From: a virus
DNA length: 64,000 nt
Virus record (IMG/VR): IMGVR_UViG_3300028783_000001
Span: 104,738 to 168,737 of that record
Reading direction: 5' to 3' (one strand)
Part shown: in pieces, positions 1 through 9,941 of the stretch
Layout of the letters: each line of letters opens with the position of its first letter
Numbering within the stretch: the stretch's first letter is position 1
The notes under the pieces: generated by a model
Database searches by the model: none
The model's input: only the letters and a program-made list of their open reading frames with translations
Told to the model about the DNA's origin: nothing
Translations under genes and position numbers: made by a program

Positions 1-152
1 GGCCTGCTAGCCATGGATTCGGACAGCAGGTCGACTAGATTGAACCCCGCAGGGACGCCCTCTGGAACAACCACATCGATCCCATCGATAGGCAGCAACC
101 CCTCCAAGTTTATGTCTGCACTAAATGGTGGATTAAAAGGGGAGCTGGTCAT
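1..152 (-). CDS. partial CDS running off the window edge (MTSSPFNPPF...), probably a baseplate/tail protein
   Basis: ATG at 152 preceded by GAGG; open to position 1; baseplate-module context. Confidence 0.5.
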   Translation of the reverse strand, partial: MTSSPFNPPFSADINLEGLLPIDGIDVVVPEGVPAGFNLVDLLSESMASR

Positions 153-162
153 GATGTTATCC

Positions 163-2046
163 TCACGCCTTAATGCTGCCACCTAGTGCGGCAAATTCGG
201 CTTCCATTTTGGACCAGTTGAGACCATAAGTTTCCTCAGCTAGTCCGCTGGCAATGGCGTCTTTTGAGATGCACGTCCACAGCTCTCCACCTACGGAGTT
301 TGCACAATACTCCTCGACGGCTGCCCACGTGATGGTGCCAATAATGCCCCACGTGTCGATGATGATTCCGACGTCGTTGTATCCGAGCCCTACGAAGCAG
401 TTATGAACAAATACTCCTGCTGATAAAGCGAAGTTGTGATGTCCTATTACAGTCATATCATAAACATCTTGCTTACCTGCTGGTACTACTGATAAAACTT
501 TATGGTTTCGATATTCTTTGGCCGCTCGTGCTAATTTAATGTTATTTCGTCTAGCTTTTCGTTGCTCTTCTGTTACAGGTAGTTTTGCAGCAGCTATTGA
601 TCCTTTTTTAGCGTTTGCTACTAGAGTTGCACGATATTCTGGATCAGAGTCAATCTTGCGTCTTAACCCATCTGCAGCTTTGTATTTATTCGCTTCTATA
701 AAAGCTGGGTCCTTACATAGTTTGGCCAACTTCTTACCATTTTTTCGCTGCATCTTTTTCAACTTGTCAGGATCCATTCCTGGGAAGCCACCACCATTTT
801 CAATATTCCTCTTACCACGTGCGCTAGCGGTGGACCTCAGCCGGGCGGTTTGTACCGCGCGCCACTCTGGATCAGCCCATAGATTCTTCATCAATTCGCT
901 GCTCTTTTTTCTGCCTTTGTCGCTTTTGGCGTAAGACTTGAGAACTCCAGCTGTCTGCTGATGTAAAATAGAGTGCTCCTCACGAGACATGATTACTAGA
1001 TTGCTGGGATCATTGTTGTTCTTGTCAAAATCCCAGTGGTGGATGTCCATACCCTTCGGAGGATTATAGACTTTCTTGGCCACTCTAATGTAGGTCTTAC
1101 CCCACTTACCGTTTGCCGGATTGTAGAACCTTTCATAACCTCTCTCATTGTACTCGCGATACAGCGGCATCAGACTAGTACCTGGTGTCATCTCAGAGGC
1201 TTTGATATAAGTCTTGTCGCGTAGCATGAACAAGTGATCTGGTGTACATTTAATCACCTCACCATTGTCTAGCGTTACCTTTACGATATCAGCACGACTG
1301 CGCGTCTTTCTTACACTATGTGCTAGACCAGGTACCACGTTGCCTTTGTCGTCACAGCTATATACCCAGAATTTGTCACCATATTTTCCTGTTGCGAGTT
1401 CTTTGAACGACACCTCATTACCATTCAGTAGCGAGACCTTCGTATCTGATGTAAAACAGTGACCGTTATTTTCGTCTGCATTGCCGGCTACGTCCCACGT
1501 AAACCCATCAGCTTCTGGGAATGGCTTGATCCACTCGTCTGGCATCTCAACACCAAAATAGACGTTGCCGAATAGAGCGATTGCCTGCTTAATCTCCACG
1601 ATATTTCTAGAGTTTACAGCCATAAACCCGGCGATCTTATGCGACGCATCCGCGAGCAAGCCATTATTCTTCCAGAAGTTTAATACCTCCTGCTCATCCC
1701 CACCCTGATCGGTACTAGCGTCGCCAGGAACATAGCCAGTCGATGCAGAGTAGAATGGTATGTACTGGGCGTCGGTCCAGAGGATTGTTCCGCCCGCATT
1801 CATGATCAGTGATCCAGCTATGTGAAATGCGCCGGCGGTGGTACAATCACTCAAAACGTCGTTGCCCAGCACCTGTGCGAGCATTGTCTTGCAACACTTC
1901 GTATAGTCTACAGCGGCCGGTGGTGGTGGCAAAATTTCAGCAGGCTCAGATAGGAAGTTGTATAGGTGAAGGCGAGGCTTCTTGACCAATGGGCGAACGC
2001 GACCCATCTTGAAAGTTTGTCCTGTGGAATTTGTGATGATCTTCAT
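163..2046 (-). CDS. papain-like (C1-like) cysteine peptidase containing an intein
   Basis: GND..SDCT catalytic Cys region; GH-C catalytic His region split by the intein; downstream GLGYND..IIDTWG resembles the papain GY/NSWG motifs. Confidence 0.75.
   Translation of the reverse strand: MKIITNSTGQTFKMGRVRPLVKKPRLHLYNFLSEPAEILPPPPAAVDYTKCCKTMLAQVLGNDVLSDCTTAGAFHIAGSLIMNAGGTILWTDAQYIPFYSASTGYVPGDASTDQGGDEQEVLNFWKNNGLLADASHKIAGFMAVNSRNIVEIKQAIALFGNVYFGVEMPDEWIKPFPEADGFTWDVAGNADENNGHCFTSDTKVSLLNGNEVSFKELATGKYGDKFWVYSCDDKGNVVPGLAHSVRKTRSRADIVKVTLDNGEVIKCTPDHLFMLRDKTYIKASEMTPGTSLMPLYREYNERGYERFYNPANGKWGKTYIRVAKKVYNPPKGMDIHHWDFDKNNNDPSNLVIMSREEHSILHQQTAGVLKSYAKSDKGRKKSSELMKNLWADPEWRAVQTARLRSTASARGKRNIENGGGFPGMDPDKLKKMQRKNGKKLAKLCKDPAFIEANKYKAADGLRRKIDSDPEYRATLVANAKKGSIAAAKLPVTEEQRKARRNNIKLARAAKEYRNHKVLSVVPAGKQDVYDMTVIGHHNFALSAGVFVHNCFVGLGYNDVGIIIDTWGIIGTITWAAVEEYCANSVGGELWTCISKDAIASGLAEETYGLNWSKMEAEFAALGGSIKA
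400..1458 (-). mobile_element. intein (353 aa) with an HNH homing endonuclease
   Basis: starts CFTSDTKV; block B CTPDHLF; HNH DIHHWDFDKNNNDPSNL; ends VYDMTV..HHNFALSAGVFVHN followed by Cys. Confidence 0.95.
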
Positions 2047-2056
2047 GGTGTGCTCC

Positions 2057-3577
2057 TTAGCTACGTGGATTTGATGGGGAGATTATAGGTTGACCAACTA
2101 TTACATCCAGCGACGCGGCGCTACTCTTCCTCGTAGTGTAGGCGGCGGTAATTGGGCATGAATCTAGCACGAAGTATTGCGTGGGCGCGAGGGTGATTGC
2201 ATCAGCGGGGCAGCTAACCGTATCGAGCAGCGGTCCCGTTTCATTTGGCGCTGCCTGGTAGGTGCATGCCTCCATCACAGCGACGATTATATCCGAGTAT
2301 GCATAGCTACCGCCTAGCGACCCAGCCTGTACCGCGAAGAATGCCGTTACCGCTGCCTGCGTCAGACTGGTTACCGAGTTTAGGTCGGCAATGGACAGCG
2401 CAGCAATGGAGACCGGCAGGGTTATGTGCACCGGCGTCGGATCGAGCCTGACGAGCCAGAACCCAGCGCACGTGCGTTCCGACTCCATGAAGTTTTTGAA
2501 GTTTAGCCACTGCAAGGGAGACCACGGCGTAGTCGTTATCAGCGTAACGGTGAGCACGTTCATCCACCGCAGATCGCTCGGGTTAATCTCTGCCTGTCCC
2601 TGAAACAGAGCGTCGACCACGCCGGGATACTGAAGGGCCTCGGCACGACAGTCATCGCGCGTCACCGCACGCTGGTTGTTGGCTGCACCTCCTGGACCGA
2701 TGGCCTTATAAAATGATGGCGGCGGAGCATCTTGGTTTGCCGTGGGAAATGATGAACTCGTTACCGTCGCCACGACGGCATAGCCAGCTGCAGTGGCGGT
2801 GGAACCGACTGGGGGTGGCGTAGACGTCTTCTGCGCTGTATCAAGAACCGTATAACCAAACGTGAGCGTCCCTGCGGCTGGGAGCCCAGCATAGTTGCCG
2901 TCACCAAACTTACACTCCACTCGTCCGTCTGGAATTGTACTGGCAAAGAAGGTAGTGGATCCAGACGGCTCGCGCCAGAGCCCTGTAGTTATTGGGGTCC
3001 ACGTTACTCCGCTGGAGTCGACCATCCACAAATCGTCGTTGCTTATGTTCCACAATCCAGATGATCCGAGGATGAACGACTGGAATGCGGAGCCATCGCT
3101 AGTATGCGTCTCGGTGGTAACAAGCCCACGATTTAGCGTTGTGGATACCGCCGCGCCTGATGCCGATAGGGTAAACGCCACACGGTTTACAAATGGCTGA
3201 CCGTTGATGTTCCACTGAGTGTAGGCGGGAATGGCGAGCGAATTTAGCGACGAGTCGGTTCGCGTTACCGATAGCTGAATCTGACCAGCCCGCGCGCGAA
3301 TTGGGTTGATTCCCTGTAACCGTGCTGCACGAAGGATTGCACTGGGCGACCTCGCCGTGTCTGGGTAGTTTTCCTGCAGTGAACGTGCCAGCGCACCCTG
3401 GTTCATGGAACCTACGCTGGCAATCCATCGTATGATTGCTGACCCGGTTCCTGCGGGAGCGAGGTTCGTCCAGCTACCAGACGGTGCAGCGATTAGATCA
3501 GACTCTAATGCGGCTTGAATGCCGTAGTAGTCGGTTACGATTGGACTCAAGACTAGTGGTGGAGGTGTGCTTGCCAT
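2057..3577 (-). CDS. baseplate wedge protein (T4 gp6 / baseplate J-like)
   Basis: TARSPSAILRAARLQG, FGDGNYA and QRAVTRDD motifs typical of gp6/J; context. Confidence 0.85.
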   Translation of the reverse strand: MASTPPPLVLSPIVTDYYGIQAALESDLIAAPSGSWTNLAPAGTGSAIIRWIASVGSMNQGALARSLQENYPDTARSPSAILRAARLQGINPIRARAGQIQLSVTRTDSSLNSLAIPAYTQWNINGQPFVNRVAFTLSASGAAVSTTLNRGLVTTETHTSDGSAFQSFILGSSGLWNISNDDLWMVDSSGVTWTPITTGLWREPSGSTTFFASTIPDGRVECKFGDGNYAGLPAAGTLTFGYTVLDTAQKTSTPPPVGSTATAAGYAVVATVTSSSFPTANQDAPPPSFYKAIGPGGAANNQRAVTRDDCRAEALQYPGVVDALFQGQAEINPSDLRWMNVLTVTLITTTPWSPLQWLNFKNFMESERTCAGFWLVRLDPTPVHITLPVSIAALSIADLNSVTSLTQAAVTAFFAVQAGSLGGSYAYSDIIVAVMEACTYQAAPNETGPLLDTVSCPADAITLAPTQYFVLDSCPITAAYTTRKSSAASLDVIVGQPIISPSNPRS

Positions 3578-3589
3578 GTGAGATACCTC

Positions 3590-3994
3590 TTATGAAAAAT
3601 TGATCTCCACGGGAATCACGCGCCCGTTGATTATCACGCCAACAGAGATGCCTATTATGCGGTTAGCTGATGACACGAACACGTGGGAGTTTGGAAGAGA
3701 CATCTGGAACTGTGGTATGTTGGCCTTAAACGCGTTGAACACGTCTAGGAGACATAGCTGCTCGACGGCCTCAGTGAATAGCGAAAATACATACTTCTGC
3801 AGGTTCGATCCATAGGTGGGGTTTCCAGGCTCATCCCCAATAAACGTTGTCAAAACATTATAGACGTCACCGATGATAACCGCCTCAGCCTCTGATATGA
3901 TTATGTCCGACGATCCAAACGAGTAGCTGTAGTTGATGTCGGTAAGTCGATTTAGTGACGGGATTAGAGGTAGTGCGCCGAGGTCAGCTGCCAT
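3590..3994 (-). CDS. baseplate wedge / sheath initiator (gp25-like)
   Basis: NVLTTFIGDEPGNPTYGSNL motif; size and position. Confidence 0.85.
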   Translation of the reverse strand: MAADLGALPLIPSLNRLTDINYSYSFGSSDIIISEAEAVIIGDVYNVLTTFIGDEPGNPTYGSNLQKYVFSLFTEAVEQLCLLDVFNAFKANIPQFQMSLPNSHVFVSSANRIIGISVGVIINGRVIPVEINFS

Positions 3995-4013
3995 GATAAT
4001 CTCCTACGTTTTG

Positions 4014-5213
4014 TTATCCTGAAGATCCACCACTAGAGCCGCCACTTGCCCCACTACCGGAACCGCTGGATCCATCCTCAGTCTCTGGTGGATCTTTCGC
4101 CTGAGATAGCGTTGGACGAGTCCCCTGCTCAGGTGCCTTCTGCGACTTGAAATCGGCTGATGCCTTGCTAGGCTGTCCACCACCACCGAGCACTATCGCA
4201 ACGCTGGATGTAATATTTGGCGCGGCAATCTTGACGGCTGATCCGCCGATAAGGTTCAGCGTTCCCTTCGCTGATACCGTCACATCTGAACCGCCGACGA
4301 CACTTAGCTTGTCCTTGCTCTGCACCGTCATTGCACCACCCGACGCGACGTTGGCCTTACCTTTGGCAACTACTGATAGATCACCACCAACACTTGCAGT
4401 GAAGTTGCCGTCGACGTAGAGCGTATGGTCACCAAACACAACCATGGTGAAGCCCTTTGGCCACTTAGACTTTGCGTCCTGACTACCCTGCGTCTTGGTT
4501 CCACCGTTAACGAGGAAGTAGACGTTGCCTTCGCCGTCAATCTGGTATGTGCCGCGCCCGCAGTGAGTGCGCTCTATACAGTCAGTCTTGTTGTCGACGC
4601 CCCAGAAGTTTCCAGATGGATCGACCTTACCCCACGCCTGCGGATACGACTTCTCATATGCTCCACCGCTACTGCCAGTTTTGCATGAGCTACCAAAGGC
4701 CCAACCAGGAAGCTGCTGGTTGCTACCAGACCCCGAACTTGAGCTGGAACTAGAGGAATCGCTACTGGAAGATCCTGATGTAGAGGAGCTACCTGAGCCT
4801 GATCCACCACCAGAACTCGTCATATCTCCGCTGCTCGTATTCTTACTGTCCCACTTGGTAAAGTCGGGCATCTTGGTATTTTGGTTTTGCACACCACCAA
4901 TATAGCGTCCGTGGTATCGTGAGTCATCCTCGAAGTGAACCCATACCTTGGTGCCTACTGGAGGGATAGCGCCGTGGAAGCCGACATTGTTGGTGCCGCC
5001 GTACTGCGGTAAGTTTCCCGGTTCATACCAGGGGAGGTCATTATCGCTCTCTATATCATCATCCAGGTCAGGGATGCGAACCTTGATGCGCTGCTGCTCC
5101 TGATTGACCTTTTCCTGATCCTGCGAGTCGTCATTGTTGACTACGAATCCCTGTAGACGCGTGCCGGCGAGGTTACGACCGGAGAGTAGACGTGTTGGGT
5201 TTGCGAAGCTCAT
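4014..5213 (-). CDS. baseplate central spike (gp5/gpV-like OB fold plus beta-helix)
   Basis: RIKVRIP..DLPW..IPPVGTKVWVHF OB-fold motif; C-terminal VGG/VSA beta-helical repeats; Ser/Gly linker. Confidence 0.85.
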   Translation of the reverse strand: MSFANPTRLLSGRNLAGTRLQGFVVNNDDSQDQEKVNQEQQRIKVRIPDLDDDIESDNDLPWYEPGNLPQYGGTNNVGFHGAIPPVGTKVWVHFEDDSRYHGRYIGGVQNQNTKMPDFTKWDSKNTSSGDMTSSGGGSGSGSSSTSGSSSSDSSSSSSSSGSGSNQQLPGWAFGSSCKTGSSGGAYEKSYPQAWGKVDPSGNFWGVDNKTDCIERTHCGRGTYQIDGEGNVYFLVNGGTKTQGSQDAKSKWPKGFTMVVFGDHTLYVDGNFTASVGGDLSVVAKGKANVASGGAMTVQSKDKLSVVGGSDVTVSAKGTLNLIGGSAVKIAAPNITSSVAIVLGGGGQPSKASADFKSQKAPEQGTRPTLSQAKDPPETEDGSSGSGSGASGGSSGGSSG

Positions 5214-5214
5214 T

Positions 5215-6348
5215 CTATGCTCCCGTAAACTGAGCGTTTATGCCCTGGCTGATTAGCACAAACTTCTCCCGATAGCTGCCCTTAGACATGTGCCTCGATA
5301 TTGAGCTGACCTTATACATACCGCTATAGGCGGTGTTAATCGTTCCATCGCTCTGCGCAAGAGTTACCTTCACGTCATCCAACAACTTGTAAGTCGTTTG
5401 CTGACCCGTCATAGCATGTACCGTGGTCGTAAACGCCGCCTGCGCCTTGAGGTTGTTGTGAGCGGCCTGCGCGTAGTTTGCGTGCGTATTACCCACGTTT
5501 GGCGGATGATAGAGCGAGCGGACTAGACCTACGGCCGAAGATGCAGCTGAGCTAATTCCGATATTGGATGTCTGGGATGTAATGTTCATTCCGAGAAATC
5601 TGTTGAGCGTCCCGTCTAGCTGTTCCTGCATTACCTTGTAGCCGTAGTTGACCCACGTGTTGAAGAACATCGCATCGGAGTGAGCACGATAGTCGTAGAT
5701 TAGTATGTCACCTGTCGCAGCGAATGGTAGCGAGGCCATCGGTGTTCCACTACTTCCCTGCTTTAGAATATCCTTCATGCGCAGCTGCCACTGGCCATTT
5801 TGACTAGTGACAGCTAGCATTGGAGAGGCCCCTGAACCCATCCATGAGTGGTCTTGAAGGTCGCGCGCGAACTGATGCAGCGTCTTGCTGTTTGGCAACC
5901 ACGTCATCTTATCCTGGGTTGCGTCGATGTCAGTAAGATTGATTCCACCGGCCTGGGCTAGCTGAGGCAGCACGTCGGATACGTTGCCGATAAAACGCTT
6001 GGTGTTAATCTTGGAGATCCACGGAAGCACGTCTGCCACGCCCGATATGGTAGCTGTCTCTCCAGCGACGTTTGCGGCGGAGTCTGCAAGCGACCACTGT
6101 AGGAAGTTGTAGGTCACGGGGGCGTTATGACCATCGCCCATGATCACCTGTATCTTCGAGCCGTCGGTAAACGCCCCAGCGGCGACCGCCTTGCGTCGCG
6201 CGTCTAAAAACGTCATTGATACGGTTGGCGCGGCGGACGTGGTATTGTCGATGATCGTGCACGACTTTAGACCGTCTGATCCCAGCAACATATCCATGCC
6301 ATTGATGAGCAGTCCAAATTCCCCCGTGTCGACGTTGCGAAAAGTCAT
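5215..6348 (-). CDS. baseplate hub (gp27/gpD-like)
   Basis: directly upstream of the spike gene; C-terminal YSGMYKVSSISRH motif. Confidence 0.65.
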   Translation of the reverse strand: MTFRNVDTGEFGLLINGMDMLLGSDGLKSCTIIDNTTSAAPTVSMTFLDARRKAVAAGAFTDGSKIQVIMGDGHNAPVTYNFLQWSLADSAANVAGETATISGVADVLPWISKINTKRFIGNVSDVLPQLAQAGGINLTDIDATQDKMTWLPNSKTLHQFARDLQDHSWMGSGASPMLAVTSQNGQWQLRMKDILKQGSSGTPMASLPFAATGDILIYDYRAHSDAMFFNTWVNYGYKVMQEQLDGTLNRFLGMNITSQTSNIGISSAASSAVGLVRSLYHPPNVGNTHANYAQAAHNNLKAQAAFTTTVHAMTGQQTTYKLLDDVKVTLAQSDGTINTAYSGMYKVSSISRHMSKGSYREKFVLISQGINAQFTGA

Positions 6349-6358
6349 TTGTAGCGCC

Positions 6359-6763
6359 TCATATCGTGATCACGGTACCGATCTGAACACCGGCGGGCGG
6401 AACCAGCGTCTTCAGATAGGCATCGATTGCGGTCTTCTGCGGTAGGCGCAAAAACATCCCTGGACGTAGCTGCATCGGCGACGATAGCCCGTTGTAGGCA
6501 AGCAGGATCAGCCACATGTTCTGCACCCCATAGTGGGTGTAGCAAAACGTCGTAATCTTTCCGCCGCGCCACACCACAGGAGTCCATGAGGTGAGGCTCT
6601 GCAGCAGGTCGAGGAAGCGCTGGTCCAACGCGTCTACTAGCCAGTTGGTGGTTCCGGGGCGAATCAGTTCATCCATTGGGGTTGTCGCATCTACAGTCGC
6701 GACTATCGACGATAGCTCGTAGGTGGGATCATAGCCCGGTGGAAGGGGAGTCTTATATGCCAT
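6359..6763 (-). CDS. baseplate wedge subunit (gp53 / LysM-like)
   Basis: YG..NMWLILLAYNGLSSPMQLRPGMFLRLP motif. Confidence 0.8.
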   Translation of the reverse strand: MAYKTPLPPGYDPTYELSSIVATVDATTPMDELIRPGTTNWLVDALDQRFLDLLQSLTSWTPVVWRGGKITTFCYTHYGVQNMWLILLAYNGLSSPMQLRPGMFLRLPQKTAIDAYLKTLVPPAGVQIGTVITI

Positions 6764-6775
6764 CGTGAGCCTCCC

Positions 6776-7465
6776 TTACGTTGCGCCAGCTGACGGCTGA
6801 ACACCAGCCGCTAGCTTGAAGTAGGATAGAATTTCTGTTTGGTCAGGGATCGTATAGCTCATCAGTCCGACGTTTACGTTTGCCGCAACAGGATAACCAC
6901 TCGTCTCAAACCTATTCTCAAACTCCCAGTCAAGCGTCGTCGGCACTAGACCGGTGATTATCATTAGCTTTCCTACCGCTATGGTAATCATACCGCGAGC
7001 ACTGTTTCCAGAGTTCCAGTATTCTAGCGGAGTAGGTCCTGGAGGCATCATGAATAGCGATCCGATAATGCTGGTGCCGATACTGTCACCAGTTCCCCGC
7101 ATCGGTGAGTACATCTGTATCAAATTCTCTACTGGTGCTAGGACGTCGTTGGCCGGATTGTCCCATGCATCGAATCGCAGGCTCAAGTTTATGTCCAGCC
7201 CATTTGATCCACGCCACACGTGCGACGTGAGGAAGTTTGGTAGGAAGTTGTTACCTGAGAATATCTGGCCTAAGTTGGCGGCGTTTGCGAGTGCGGAACC
7301 AACGACTCCACTATCACCTGATATTCCAATGGCCTCTAGGATGTTGACCCAGCGGTTGTCAATCTTCAGCGTCAGCTTCGCCTGCGCGTTTGCCTGAACT
7401 GTGAGCCCAGATCCATTCTGCTGGATAGTGATTAAATATGAAGCATTCTGTCCTAATGCGGCCAT
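6776..7465 (-). CDS. putative baseplate-tail tube junction protein (gp48/gp54-like)
   Basis: tube-like beta pattern; GYPVAANVNV; position. Confidence 0.5.
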   Translation of the reverse strand: MAALGQNASYLITIQQNGSGLTVQANAQAKLTLKIDNRWVNILEAIGISGDSGVVGSALANAANLGQIFSGNNFLPNFLTSHVWRGSNGLDINLSLRFDAWDNPANDVLAPVENLIQMYSPMRGTGDSIGTSIIGSLFMMPPGPTPLEYWNSGNSARGMITIAVGKLMIITGLVPTTLDWEFENRFETSGYPVAANVNVGLMSYTIPDQTEILSYFKLAAGVQPSAGAT

Positions 7466-7483
7466 GTGATGAGTATCCTGTTA

Positions 7484-9931
7484 TCATCTCTCAAACTGAG
7501 AGCCCATGCAGATAAGGCCAGCGGTGTTGCCGTTATTACGGTTGTTGCTATTCACGAAGAAATCTGATGATCCCTGACCACTACCACCGTCATTGCTTGG
7601 GAACGCGGACCCACCACCATCATTCCCATTACCCTGGCTCGGAGAGCCACTAGGGGTAGTTGCAGGCAGCGGCCGGTCGGCAGCCACGACCGGAGGTTCT
7701 GATACGGCCTGCGCGCTAGCACCATCGCTCTGCTGTATCGGCTGGGGCGACGTAAGTGGTTGGGCGGCAGGTGATGTGGTAGCTGTTGGGATTGCTGGGA
7801 AGTTGCGCTCATCAGCACGCATGTCAATACTGCCGTGACTAGGCTGGGTCCCCATTTGCTTGTGCATAAAAGGATAGTTCTCGGTGGAAACCGATCCTGG
7901 AGTTGCTCCTTTCGCATTTGGACTAGAGTAGACACCGGCAGTGGTTGGTGCGGGCTGTTGTCCTATTGGGGTAGTGAAGATGTTGGTATTGGAGTATCCT
8001 GGACGCTGAGCACTACCAGAAGATCCCTGTATGTTTCGAACATAACCACCGACCGTGCTTGTCGCCGCCGCGTCGTTTGCACGAACGGCCTTGGGATTGT
8101 CGGCTGGTGGCTTCGGCGAGCGCGAAGAAAACTCAACGCTCTTACCGCTACCAATTGCTGGATCGGGCTTTGCACCATACGACGTGATAGGTGGGGATAT
8201 AAACGGCATTGCTGAATTTGATGCAACTGCCGACCCTGATGGGGCAGCTGGTGTAGGAGCCGAAGGTGTGGGTGGTATAGTAACAGGTGTGATGGTTGTA
8301 GTTGGGCTCGCCCTACTCGCCGTCGCCTGCTCAGCCTTCATCTCTTTGAAGCCCTTGCGAGCCTCTGGCATGTATTCGGGATTGTCCTTGAGACCTTCCC
8401 AGCGACCGAGCTTCGGTCCAGTAGTTGCAGCTTTGGCTCCTAGAGCATCCTGCGTAGCCTTATCCATCTTCGTCTTGTCTGGATCCATACCAAGTTTTTG
8501 TGCCATCTCTGCAGTAGTCGTACCAGTCATCTGATAACGACCAGTAGCTGAAGACGTTTTGTTCCACGAAACGTGCCCACCCTGCTTGTTGGAAGCCATT
8601 GCTTGGGCCTTACGGCGCTCTACACCGTCAGCGATAGCCTCATTAATCGTCATCTGCGTTATTGGTGTATCCGACTTTCCATACTTTCCATTGCCAAATA
8701 CAGAGTCGTACTCGTGGCCACCACCTCCAGCAGCGGTTCCCTCCGACTTGGATATAGCATCTAACATGCGAGCGCTACCGTGCGGAGTCTCAGAGCCAGA
8801 GGCACCATGGGGAACGACAGTTCCTGATTTCGGTGGAACGAATACCGCTGGACCACTAGAGTTTATGCCCTGTGCTGAACTACTGCCAGCTGGCTTAAAC
8901 TTTTCGCCGCCACGCTCGTTTACGACGTAGGGTTGGCCCTTGTTAACAGGACCTCCACCAGCACGCGCCGGCATCGAGCCAGGTGTGGTTCCAACCACAC
9001 CTGTGGCTGGGGTTGTGGGTACTGGTTTTGCCGCTGGTGTAGAAGACGGTTCAGCAGAACCAGTGGTTGCAGTTGGTGTGGCGACGGAATCATACCCGAT
9101 ACCAAACAGCGTCCACAACCAGTCCTTAATTGCACGCTTAGCACTCTCCCAGAAGGAGCATACGGCATCCCTGACGCCATCAATTATGCTGGCCTTAATC
9201 TTGGAGTCGTCTGGCTTGATGTCCATGTCGGAGGACGACGGCTTAGAGTCCGACTCAAACTTCGCGGCTTGGGTAATCTCCCACTTGCCCTCTGCTTCAG
9301 CAATACCAGCGATTAGTCCGTATCCAGATTTTATGAGGCTCCACCCAGTCTTGGCAGCACCCTTGACAAAGCTTGTTACGGAATCGACGGTTACGTGAGA
9401 TAATGCATCAGCTACGAGGTCATACCCATACTTGACCAGCTTCCAGGTTACTGATGCGATGCCCTCAAGCAGCTCGGTTCCCTTATTCGCTGCCCAGTCA
9501 ACAATCTCCTTGGTCCTCTCACCGCCGTCGCCCTCACCATGCTCTGGTCGCTGACCAGGAATCGCGCCGTTCTTGTGCTGGTTATTATGCTGGATTGCAG
9601 CTACAGCTAGTCCAATACCAGCGCCAATGAGCGCACCAACAATGTCGCCCTTGCCGTGTAGCTTAGATCCGACCTTAGCGCGCTTTACAGCTGCGGTCTT
9701 GACCTTCTTCTGCTTGGCGACTTTTGCAGTCTTTGCCGGCGCGGCGGCGCTGCCCTTTGCTATCGCGGCAAACGCCTTATCGAGCCTGTCAAATAGCCGA
9801 CTCGACTGCAAGCGCGTGTTCGACAGGCTCGTGGTATTGTCAACAGGGATTAGTAGCGCCTCCTTTGCAGAGGGCGCGGCATTGCCACCGCTGAGGATGT
9901 CTCGGAGAAGGCGTGTAAGCGATGCCTGCAT
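7484..9931 (-). CDS. tail-associated protein with a lambda-R-like lytic transglycosylase domain (tape-measure-like)
   Basis: AISKSEGT..YDSVFG..ATGRYQM..TQD motif; RAGGGPV..YVVNERGGEKF tape-measure motif; Pro/Thr linkers. Confidence 0.7.
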   Translation of the reverse strand: MQASLTRLLRDILSGGNAAPSAKEALLIPVDNTTSLSNTRLQSSRLFDRLDKAFAAIAKGSAAAPAKTAKVAKQKKVKTAAVKRAKVGSKLHGKGDIVGALIGAGIGLAVAAIQHNNQHKNGAIPGQRPEHGEGDGGERTKEIVDWAANKGTELLEGIASVTWKLVKYGYDLVADALSHVTVDSVTSFVKGAAKTGWSLIKSGYGLIAGIAEAEGKWEITQAAKFESDSKPSSSDMDIKPDDSKIKASIIDGVRDAVCSFWESAKRAIKDWLWTLFGIGYDSVATPTATTGSAEPSSTPAAKPVPTTPATGVVGTTPGSMPARAGGGPVNKGQPYVVNERGGEKFKPAGSSSAQGINSSGPAVFVPPKSGTVVPHGASGSETPHGSARMLDAISKSEGTAAGGGGHEYDSVFGNGKYGKSDTPITQMTINEAIADGVERRKAQAMASNKQGGHVSWNKTSSATGRYQMTGTTTAEMAQKLGMDPDKTKMDKATQDALGAKAATTGPKLGRWEGLKDNPEYMPEARKGFKEMKAEQATASRASPTTTITPVTIPPTPSAPTPAAPSGSAVASNSAMPFISPPITSYGAKPDPAIGSGKSVEFSSRSPKPPADNPKAVRANDAAATSTVGGYVRNIQGSSGSAQRPGYSNTNIFTTPIGQQPAPTTAGVYSSPNAKGATPGSVSTENYPFMHKQMGTQPSHGSIDMRADERNFPAIPTATTSPAAQPLTSPQPIQQSDGASAQAVSEPPVVAADRPLPATTPSGSPSQGNGNDGGGSAFPSNDGGSGQGSSDFFVNSNNRNNGNTAGLICMGSQFER

Positions 9932-9941
9932 CAGTTCCTCC

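Noticed and set aside
4680-4840. Ser/Gly-rich stretch in the spike gene
   Set aside because: Ordinary low-complexity linker with no DNA-level repeat structure.
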